DNA from: an uncultured Gammaproteobacteria bacterium
Lineage (GTDB): Bacteria > Patescibacteriota > Patescibacteriia > UBA9934 > CAZDDW01
Reading direction: 5' to 3'
Assembly (NCBI GenBank): GCA_965231015.1
Contig: OZ246408.1
Coordinates: 83,755-147,754 of the forward strand
DNA: 64,000 bases
Shown: in pieces, positions 28,458 through 35,617 of the stretch
How the letters are laid out: each line of letters begins with the position of its first letter
Numbering within the stretch: position 1 is the stretch's first letter
The notes under the pieces: generated by a model
The model's database searches: none
What the model saw: the letters and a program-made list of their open reading frames with translations, nothing else
Told to the model about the DNA's origin: nothing
Made by a program: the position numbers and the translations under genes

Positions 28458-28542
28458 AAGCAGGGAAGATAAAAATAAAAATGTGTTAAATTTTGCAAAA
28501 AATTGTGTTCAATTATTCCAAGGCGTCACACGAGCCGTAGCG

Positions 28543-30351
28543 ATGGCTTTTTTAGTTTTTACTGTTTTGTTGATTGGTTTTGGAGTCAATGAGGCCGAAG
28601 CTGCTCCGTTGCACGGTTACGAAACGTTGCAGGTTAGTTCTACCGGGACCGGACAGATTAAAATGCAACCAAGGGAGCGTCGTCAATTTGCGATCGAGTT
28701 TCTAAATAACGGAACCAAGAATTGGGTCAATGATGGACCGGAGTATGTTTCGGTTTATACATATGGCCCCAAGTATCGTCGGAGTGATTTCGATCCGGGA
28801 AATTGGGAGTGGTCTGATCATGTCACCAGGATCCAGCAACCGAGAGTTCCGATTGGTGGTACGGCAACCATTACTTTTGAGTTGCACGCACCCGTGGCTG
28901 AAGGTACTTATCAGGAAACTTTCCATTTGGCTGCTGAAGATACAGCTTGGATTCCGGGTGGAGAATTTACATTGAATATTTTGGTGTCTGAGGAAGCGGA
29001 AACTGTGACTCAGGTCACTGATGAAGAAAACGAACAGGAAGTAGTGGTGGTTGATGGTTATGGAGCCTTGGTTGATCACATCAATGCTGATGAAGTAGAG
29101 GCTACGGCCGGTGAGGTGATCACGGTTTCGGTTGATTTTTCCAATGTGGGAAGCAAAACCTGGGTTAAACGACGTTTGCAGTTGCCGGACCTGGTTATCT
29201 CCAGCACGCAAGGTGATTGGTTCCATTCCAGTTGGTTAACCAGGTTTATTCCGATTGCAAGAACTGGTTCTGTAGCACCTGGAGAAAAAGATACCTATAC
29301 ATTTAAATTTGCCGCGCCGGTTGACCCGGGTAACTATACCGCTCAGTTTAGATTGATTGCTGACGAAGTGGATATCCCGGGCGGAGAGATCAATATTCCG
29401 GTCACGGTAACAAGTGGATCTCCGGACGCTGTAAACTCACCTTTGCGTGACGATGTAGATGTGGTAAACCGACTGGATGAAATGCCAGTAATGAGGATCG
29501 GAGTTTTGATAGTTGATGAAGAAACCGATTGGGGAGTAGAAATTCTCTGTGAAGAATCTGATATGGAGCTGCGAAACGAGCGCGGAGAGTTGTTGGCTAA
29601 CGTTGATGCGGGTGACGAAGTGCTGGCTTACTTTGATAATGATCGATATTACTATGATGTGGGGCGGGGTCTTGAAAAAACCAGTTATCCCATTCGGTTT
29701 GAACCGGAAGAAGAAAACGCTGTGCTAGAGGTGACCAACTTTGACCGTCGGGCTACCCGAAGTGCTGCGCATGCGGACAACACTTTCCGCAATGTGCTCG
29801 AACTTCGTTACAACGACGAGTATGATCGAACCTGGCTTATCAATGAACTCGAAATTGAAATGTATTTGCGCGGTTTGGCTGAAACCTCTAATTATTCACC
29901 GGACGCTTTTCAACAAACTCTGATTACAGCTGCTAGAACCTACGCCTTTTACCATTGGGAGCGCGCCACCAAGCACGCGGACGAGGGTTACCATATAGAT
30001 GCTTATTGGGACCAGGTGTACAAAGGTTACGGTTACGAGGAGCGAACGCCAAACATTACTCGTGCGGTTGGACAAACTGAAGGAGTTATTGTGACTTATG
30101 ATGGTGAGACTGCAATTACGCCGTACTTTTCGCGTTCAGACGGCCGAACTCGAGACTGGTCAGAGGTGTGGTACGGAGAAGTCGAGTGGTGTCAATCAGT
30201 AGAGGTTCCCTGTGATCGGGGGGAAACTCTTTGGGGTCACGGAGTTGGCATGTCTGCTTCCGGAGCGCTTTGTATGGCCGAAGACGGTGAAGATTATGAT
30301 GATATTTTGCACTATTTTTATCAGGGAATTGAATTAATGGAACGTTGGTAG
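28543..30351 (+). CDS. SpoIID/LytB-domain protein with N-terminal Ig-like repeats (secreted)
   Basis: Signal peptide from the internal ATG. The C-terminal domain (…YLRGLAE…AARTYA…ITPYFSRSDGRTRDWSEVW…) matches SpoIID/LytB. Confidence 0.72.
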   Translation: MAFLVFTVLLIGFGVNEAEAAPLHGYETLQVSSTGTGQIKMQPRERRQFAIEFLNNGTKNWVNDGPEYVSVYTYGPKYRRSDFDPGNWEWSDHVTRIQQPRVPIGGTATITFELHAPVAEGTYQETFHLAAEDTAWIPGGEFTLNILVSEEAETVTQVTDEENEQEVVVVDGYGALVDHINADEVEATAGEVITVSVDFSNVGSKTWVKRRLQLPDLVISSTQGDWFHSSWLTRFIPIARTGSVAPGEKDTYTFKFAAPVDPGNYTAQFRLIADEVDIPGGEINIPVTVTSGSPDAVNSPLRDDVDVVNRLDEMPVMRIGVLIVDEETDWGVEILCEESDMELRNERGELLANVDAGDEVLAYFDNDRYYYDVGRGLEKTSYPIRFEPEEENAVLEVTNFDRRATRSAAHADNTFRNVLELRYNDEYDRTWLINELEIEMYLRGLAETSNYSPDAFQQTLITAARTYAFYHWERATKHADEGYHIDAYWDQVYKGYGYEERTPNITRAVGQTEGVIVTYDGETAITPYFSRSDGRTRDWSEVWYGEVEWCQSVEVPCDRGETLWGHGVGMSASGALCMAEDGEDYDDILHYFYQGIELMERW

Positions 30352-30364
30352 GGAAAACAAATTT

Positions 30365-31453
30365 TTGATTTCAAAATTTATGAATTTCAAGATTTTAGGA
30401 TTGTTTGGGATCGCGGTGGTCCTTGGTATGGGGCTCGGTTTTGCACCGAGCGCTTTTGCCTTTGATCAAGATGCTGTGCGAGCGATTTATGAGGTACGCC
30501 CTGACCTACAAGCGGCGTTTGATGAAAATGGAGTAGCCATTCCAGGAACCGCGGCCGGTTTTTTGATTGATATTTATGATTGGGCTCGGCAATACGGATG
30601 GCGCGAACATGAGGAGTTGATTGAATATGCTCCGGAGAGTGAGTTTGTACCTGTACACAATGAAATTAATGTTCCGGAAGTCACGGCAGACAATTATATT
30701 GTCATAGATAAATCCAGTGGTCAGATTTTGGCGGCTCAAAATGCCAATGTGGTGTGGCCGGTCGCTTCGCTGACTAAGCTTGTGACTGCTGACGTGGTGT
30801 TAGAGCGTGCCATGGAGCCGGATTCAATTTTTGCCGTTGCAGATAAAGATGATGTGGGTGGGGCCAAGCTTTACGTAGAAGACGGGGCAACCTTTACACT
30901 CGATGATTTGTTTTTTAGCGCGCTGGTTGGTTCAGCCAACAATGCGGCTAATGCGCTGTCGCGAACCTGTGGTTTAACAGAAGGGGAATTTGTATTTGAA
31001 ATGAACACTCGACCATTCGAGTTAGGGCTTGGTTATACCGAGTTTGTAGAGCCTACCGGAATTGAGCTTGGCAATGTTTCCACAGCTCGAGAAATGGCCC
31101 GTTTAGCTGGAAATATTTTTGAATCGCCTGACGTACGGCGTTACACCACCACAGCCACTCGTTATGTGGACGTGTTAAGTGATGGCACCACCAAATATTT
31201 AAAAAATACTAATTGGATGCTGTATTACCCTGAGTATCACGACGTGTATGTAACCGCAGGTAAAACCGGATACTTGCATGAGTCAAAATGGAATCTAGCC
31301 ATTCAATTGCGGCCAAGTGCAGAAGAAACAAAAAAAGAGCTCCTAATTATTGTTTTTGGAGCTGAGTCTAGACCGGATAGTTTTAATGACACAGAGGCCT
31401 TGGCCAATTGGGCTTGGCAAAACCATGACTGGATTTCTAATAAGGCCATTTAA
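30365..31453 (+). CDS. D-alanyl-D-alanine carboxypeptidase (S11 family)
   Basis: SxxK (ASLTKL), SxN (SANN) and KTG (AGKTGY) motifs. Confidence 0.8.
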   Translation: MISKFMNFKILGLFGIAVVLGMGLGFAPSAFAFDQDAVRAIYEVRPDLQAAFDENGVAIPGTAAGFLIDIYDWARQYGWREHEELIEYAPESEFVPVHNEINVPEVTADNYIVIDKSSGQILAAQNANVVWPVASLTKLVTADVVLERAMEPDSIFAVADKDDVGGAKLYVEDGATFTLDDLFFSALVGSANNAANALSRTCGLTEGEFVFEMNTRPFELGLGYTEFVEPTGIELGNVSTAREMARLAGNIFESPDVRRYTTTATRYVDVLSDGTTKYLKNTNWMLYYPEYHDVYVTAGKTGYLHESKWNLAIQLRPSAEETKKELLIIVFGAESRPDSFNDTEALANWAWQNHDWISNKAI

Positions 31454-31474
31454 AAACCGACTCTTTTAGTCGGT

Positions 31475-32050
31475 TTAAAGCTTGGTTGTTTTTACTTCGG
31501 CGGGAGCCGGAGTTTTGTTTTGTTCACTTCGAGCCACGTCAACGAGGTGTACAATTTGTCTTTTGATAAGTTCCGGCTTTTCCACTTGCTTGAATACAAA
31601 TCGGGTTGTTTCTGCCGCAGTTTGAACATGAACCGTACCAAAGTCTAGAAAAGTTTGGACTATACCACGTACATCAGAGGTGACATCTTGAATGTCGGTC
31701 AGGTTCAACTCCGAGGCTACACGGGCAAATAATCCCAACTGTTCAATATTAATGATCTTTTCATTGGTCACAATCCAAATATCCAGATAATAATCAATAT
31801 ATTCTGAAAAACTGTAAACCCAGACCGCAAAATAATATACGCTGGCCAAAAGGGCCAGCAATGGAGTGATAACGCTATGGCTTAAAAGCCACGGTAGTTC
31901 CGCTCGAATAAGAAAGTAGGCAGCAATTGGGACCAAAAGTAATAAAAACAGCATTCCTAATATACGCAATGGCACCAGCCAATGTCGACGCAAAAATAAG
32001 ATAGTGCGTTCGCCGGGTTTTGTGTTTGGTAGGTTGTCTAATCGCATCAT
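31475..32050 (-). CDS. Membrane protein with a bacterial PH-like (YdbS/bPH_2-type) domain
   Basis: Two N-terminal TM helices then a soluble domain; weak family call. Confidence 0.45.
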   Translation of the reverse strand: MMRLDNLPNTKPGERTILFLRRHWLVPLRILGMLFLLLLVPIAAYFLIRAELPWLLSHSVITPLLALLASVYYFAVWVYSFSEYIDYYLDIWIVTNEKIINIEQLGLFARVASELNLTDIQDVTSDVRGIVQTFLDFGTVHVQTAAETTRFVFKQVEKPELIKRQIVHLVDVARSEQNKTPAPAEVKTTKL

Positions 32051-32325
32051 AATTGTGGAGGTAGTTCATTTTGAAAAAATTCCGGATTAGGAGCCAGGTA
32101 CGAACTTAGGGTAAGGGGAACGCTCCAGTCAAAATCATTTAGAACAATGTAGCTGGCTCCTAAAACAAAAATAGTTCCACCTACATAGATCACACTTAAT
32201 ATATATAGATTAAAATTATAAATACCGTATCGCATCAGATGGTAAACATTAAAAAAACTGAAAAAAATAAAAACCATCATGATTAATAGGTATGGATATA
32301 TGAAGTAGCTGATGGGAAAGCTCAT
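32047..32325 (-). CDS. Small hypothetical membrane protein
   Basis: A 92-aa ORF with two hydrophobic helices, overlapping neighbours by 4 nt. Confidence 0.35.
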   Translation of the reverse strand: MSFPISYFIYPYLLIMMVFIFFSFFNVYHLMRYGIYNFNLYILSVIYVGGTIFVLGASYIVLNDFDWSVPLTLSSYLAPNPEFFQNELPPQL

Positions 32326-32328
32326 AGA

Positions 32329-33366
32329 TTAAAAATCAATTCCGCTTTGAGGTAATTGACGATTCAGATGTTTGTAAGCTTCACGGGTGACCATGCGGCC
32401 GCGTGGGGTTCGGTTGAGAAAACCAATCTGCATTAAAAAAGGTTCGTACACTTCTTCCAAGGTGGCAATTTCTTCCTGAATAGACGCGGCTAATGTGCCA
32501 AGACCGACTGGACCACCGCCAAATTTATCAATAATGGTAGAGAGGATTCGGCGGTCAACTGCGTCCAGACCATGCTCGTCAATTTCAAGCAGGTTTAAGG
32601 CTTCAGTAGTCACCACATCATCTATTTTACCGTCAAACTTAACTTCTGCAAAATCACGTACTCGCCGAAGAAGACGGTTGGCGATTCTTGGAGTGCTTCT
32701 AGAACGCTTGGCAAGTTCAATTGTGGCCGGTTCGTTTATGTTGACGTCTAGTAATCCTGCACTGCGTTTGATGATCTGGCCGATATCTTGGTCTTCGTAG
32801 AAGTTAAGTCGATATGTGACTCCAAATCGGTCACGTAAAGGGCTTGAAAGCAGGGAAATTCTGGTGGTGGCGCCAATGATAGTAAAACGATCCAGGCTCA
32901 AGCGAAGGGTGCGGGCGGTGGGTCCCTTCCCAACTACAAGGTCTAGGGCAAAGTCTTCCATGGCCGGGTAGAGAACCTCCTCAATCGATTTGTTCATACG
33001 ATGAATTTCATCAATAAACAAAATGTCGCCTTCTTTCATGTTAGAAAGAATGGCAGCCAGGTCTCCAAGTTTTTCCAGAGCCGGACCGCTTGTGACTTTG
33101 ATTTTCGAATCGGTCTCGTTGGCAATAACGTGAGCTAGAGTGGTTTTACCAAGTCCCGGATTACCATAAAGCAAGACATGTTCCATGGGTTCACCCCGCT
33201 TTTTAGCAGCGGTTAGAAAAATTTCAAGGTTCTGTTTGATTTCTGGCTGACCCACGAATTCCTCTAAGTTCTGCGGTCGAAGTCCAACCTCAAAATTCTG
33301 CTCGTCTTCTTGAGCGTCATCGTTGACAACACGTTCCTCTTTAAGCTCATCTGGGCGTTCAATCAT
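32329..33366 (-). CDS. ruvB: Holliday junction branch migration helicase RuvB
   Basis: Walker A GNPGLGKTT, …ILFIDEIHRM…, and a C-terminal winged helix. Confidence 0.92.
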   Translation of the reverse strand: MIERPDELKEERVVNDDAQEDEQNFEVGLRPQNLEEFVGQPEIKQNLEIFLTAAKKRGEPMEHVLLYGNPGLGKTTLAHVIANETDSKIKVTSGPALEKLGDLAAILSNMKEGDILFIDEIHRMNKSIEEVLYPAMEDFALDLVVGKGPTARTLRLSLDRFTIIGATTRISLLSSPLRDRFGVTYRLNFYEDQDIGQIIKRSAGLLDVNINEPATIELAKRSRSTPRIANRLLRRVRDFAEVKFDGKIDDVVTTEALNLLEIDEHGLDAVDRRILSTIIDKFGGGPVGLGTLAASIQEEIATLEEVYEPFLMQIGFLNRTPRGRMVTREAYKHLNRQLPQSGIDF

Positions 33367-33548
33367 ATCCGGCAGGACAACATTGGACTTTTGGTCGTCA
33401 GTTAATCCTATTAAACGTTGTTTAGAATAAAAAACTGTTGATGGTTTTTAGCTATATTTCTTTATTGTTCCCGGCTACTTAAATCCAATGTTGTACTGCC
33501 GAGCATACGTTCCCATTATGGCGGAGATCGCGTTTCTCGTCAAAAGAA

Positions 33549-33575
33549 AAAACAGGTCGGATTGACCTATTCTTT
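33549..33575 (-). terminator. Terminator downstream of the minus-strand tRNA cluster (AGGTCAATCCGACCT plus T-run on the minus strand)
   Basis: Hairpin plus TTTTTTCTTTT on the minus strand. Confidence 0.5.
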
Positions 33576-33577
33576 CT

Positions 33578-33640
33578 GGTACCGCGGGTGGGACTCGAAC
33601 CCACACGGTATTGCTACCAGAGGATTTTAAGCTTGCCCGC
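33578..33640 (-). pseudogene. tRNA-Leu(TAA)-like 3' fragment (anticodon loop CTTAAAA through variable arm, T-arm, acceptor 3' strand and CCA) lacking a matching 5' half
   Basis: The 3' 55-60 nt folds like a class II tRNA, but no complementary 5' acceptor or anticodon strand exists upstream. It is diverged from the intact tRNA-Leu 170 nt away. Confidence 0.35.
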
Positions 33641-33810
33641 CGGAGGCGAGTCCTCAAGCATGATTAAGATTTGCTAAAAAATGAACCACTTTTGTTTTTC
33701 AGTATCTACTTCGATAAAACCTACCCCTTTATACCGCCTTCGGGTAATATCTCGGATCGGATTAAGACAAGATCATGTCGTTTGAATTTATTATGTGTCA
33801 TATAAACATG

Positions 33811-33896
33811 TGGTAGGCGAGGCGGGAGTCGAACCCGCACGGCATCGCTGCCAAGGGATTTTAAGTCCCTAGTGTCTACCATTCCACCACTCGCCC
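33811..33896 (-). tRNA. tRNA-Leu (TAA)
   Basis: An 86-nt cloverleaf with a long variable arm, anticodon loop CTTAAAA and encoded CCA. Confidence 0.85.
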
Positions 33897-34133
33897 TTAT
33901 ATTATCGAATCGATATAATCTCGACCCGATCCTGTTTTAAGATACTTTTCATGTTTCCTGGCTTCTACTGAGTCAGGGAAAGTCCGCTGATAAATAATTT
34001 TATATGGTCGATGGTTTTTTGTTGATCGATTATAGCCTGAATTATGTTCATGAAAACGATGTTCAAGGTTTTTGGTCATGCCAGTATACCTGAACTTTTC
34101 TTTTCCTTCGATTACATAAACATGATATTCCAT
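33897..34133 (-). CDS. Stand-alone GIY-YIG nuclease-family protein
   Basis: …YVYVIEGKEKFRYTGMTKNLEHRFHEHNSG… is the classic small GIY-YIG pattern. The stop abuts the tRNA-Leu 5' end. Confidence 0.72.
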   Translation of the reverse strand: MEYHVYVIEGKEKFRYTGMTKNLEHRFHEHNSGYNRSTKNHRPYKIIYQRTFPDSVEARKHEKYLKTGSGRDYIDSII

Positions 34134-34252
34134 AGTCTACCACCCGCCCCAGGCGGGTAAATTCCGCCACCGCGGCACAAGTCCTTGTCAGATAGGGCAC
34201 GAGGCAAAATATATCGGAAAATAAGCAAAATGTCAATCCGGAGGCTTGACAG

Positions 34253-34645
34253 ATGCGTCGTAAAATTATAGCATGCACTCTGTTCTATCAGGGAGGCAGG
34301 ATCTTGAAAGTTAAACCCAGTCAAAGATTGGCCGGCAACGCGTACACTTTTCGTTTCGTGGGTCAGGCGGACATTATTCAGGTGTTGCGCCAGCTGGGGC
34401 TTCGCGTCGGCCCGTTTCAGTATCATGTGGTTACCCGTTGGCGTTTTCACAACGAGTTTACTGAGAAACAGCAACGAGCCAAAGAGGTGGTGGCTTACAT
34501 CGAGAAAGGTCGGTTGGTGGTTTCTCCTCGGGCTATGGATCTTTATCTGGCCCTCCTTGGTCACTCGGATTTTATTCTGGTTCGGGACGTAATGGGCCCA
34601 CTGGAACAGAAATTCGGCATCCATCGTCATGGCGGGTACCCCTAG
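34253..34645 (+). CDS. Hypothetical protein (uncertain; the ATG lies inside a promoter-like TTGACA element)
   Basis: The ORF is in a slightly GC-richer patch and an overlapping antisense ORF also exists, so it may be non-coding. Confidence 0.2.
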   Translation: MRRKIIACTLFYQGGRILKVKPSQRLAGNAYTFRFVGQADIIQVLRQLGLRVGPFQYHVVTRWRFHNEFTEKQQRAKEVVAYIEKGRLVVSPRAMDLYLALLGHSDFILVRDVMGPLEQKFGIHRHGGYP

Positions 34646-34741
34646 GGGTGCCCTTTTTTTCTTCGTCTACTCTTGAAATCGAATCGTTCGTATGCTAATA
34701 TTTTTCCACAAAAAGATTTTTGCGGGAATAGCTCAGTGGTA

Positions 34742-34816
34742 GAGCGTCTCCTTGCCAAGGAGAAGGCCGCGGGTTCGATCCCCGTTTCCCGCTCCAAAAA
34801 ATTCTCTGACTTTTAT
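34742..34816 (+). tRNA. tRNA-Gly (GCC)
   Basis: A 75-nt cloverleaf with anticodon loop TTGCCAA, T-arm GCGGGTTCGATCCCCGT and encoded CCA. Confidence 0.88.
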
Positions 34817-34957
34817 CAGGGGATTTTTTGATGTTTGAACAGGATCGAACCGGAGGGGGTTTGGGGGAACACGTTGTTCCCCCACCTCCTGCCGGGGGAT
34901 GGCATGGGAAGGGGTGGAAACCCCTTTCCAGGAGCGAGCTTTAGCGAGCGACGTGAG

Positions 34958-34977
34958 ATTCCCCGTTTCCCGCTCCA
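34958..34977 (+). repeat. Direct repeat of the last ~19 nt of tRNA-Gly (TCCCCGTTTCCCGCTCCA), 140 nt downstream of the gene
   Basis: Exact repeat of 34799-34816; an att-like remnant. Confidence 0.6.
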
Positions 34978-34981
34978 TTAC

Positions 34982-35010
34982 AAAACCAGCCTCATCGGCT
35001 GGTTTTGTGT
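34982..35010 (+). terminator. Terminator (CCAGCC-TCAT-CGGCTGG plus TTTTG)
   Basis: Hairpin plus T-run. Confidence 0.55.
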
Positions 35011-35030
35011 TTCTAGATTCCGCAGTGGTT

Positions 35031-35339
35031 TTATAGTCTGGTTAATCGAGTGCAGTGAGCAGCGTTTTCAAGATCAAGTTTTCTTTCAATCCGGGCACAA
35101 GTATCGCCAACACGAGCTTGTTCAAGTTTCATGGAAATGTGTTCTTGGTCATTTTGATTGAGTCGCTCAAAGGTTTCATCAAAACTCATTTTCATAAAGG
35201 CAAAACCAGATTCCATGTCGTCATGTAGTTCATCAAATCGACCTTCCAGGTTGTCGAACCTGCCTTCCAGATTGTCGAATCGTGCATCGAGTTTGTCGAA
35301 TCGTTCGGCTAATTGGTTGTTGGTTATTTCTTTGGCCAT
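35031..35339 (-). CDS. Hypothetical coiled-coil protein with RFDNLEG tandem repeats
   Basis: A 102-aa ORF; the repeats are visible at the DNA level. Confidence 0.4.
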   Translation of the reverse strand: MAKEITNNQLAERFDKLDARFDNLEGRFDNLEGRFDELHDDMESGFAFMKMSFDETFERLNQNDQEHISMKLEQARVGDTCARIERKLDLENAAHCTRLTRL

Positions 35340-35403
35340 AGGAATTACATTATAGCATATCAGCTGGGGCGGGACAGAATTAACCTATCCCGCCGGCTTT
35401 AAT

Positions 35404-35613
35404 TCAACTCTTGGCCGCGAAGTACGCTTTTCCTTCGTCACTCAGAGCAAAACGAATTCCAGATTTATTCCCAGATTTATACTGGCTCTTGGCTACCTCG
35501 ATCACAAAATTGCGTATTTCAGCTAAGGCTGGGCCTTCGATTCCCAGATTAGTAGCCAGGTTGTTTAGTTTGGTGGTCATTTCGATGTACCATTTTGGGG
35601 CTTGTTTTTCCAT
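35404..35613 (-). CDS. Small hypothetical protein (69 aa)
   Basis: The ORF lies immediately downstream of the LTD protein gene on the minus strand. Confidence 0.35.
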   Translation of the reverse strand: MEKQAPKWYIEMTTKLNNLATNLGIEGPALAEIRNFVIEVAKSQYKSGNKSGIRFALSDEGKAYFAAKS

Positions 35614-35617
35614 AGGT

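Noticed and set aside
28429-28542. Annotated ORF start at 28429 (MTIRPKYAKISRE…)
   Set aside because: The first 30 codons read through a consensus promoter (TTGACA…TAAAAT) and its leader. The signal peptide begins at the internal ATG at 28543, so the CDS was shortened.
33578-33640. Calling the tRNA-Leu-like 3' fragment a functional tRNA
   Set aside because: No 5' acceptor strand or anticodon 5' strand complementary to the 3' half could be found within 100 nt upstream, so it was classed as a relic or pseudogene rather than a gene.
34112-34630. 172-aa minus-strand ORF overlapping ORF 34253-34645
   Set aside because: The translation is low complexity, there is no RBS, and the region may be non-coding leader or trailer of the tRNA cluster. 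Even the plus-strand ORF was kept only at 0.2 confidence.
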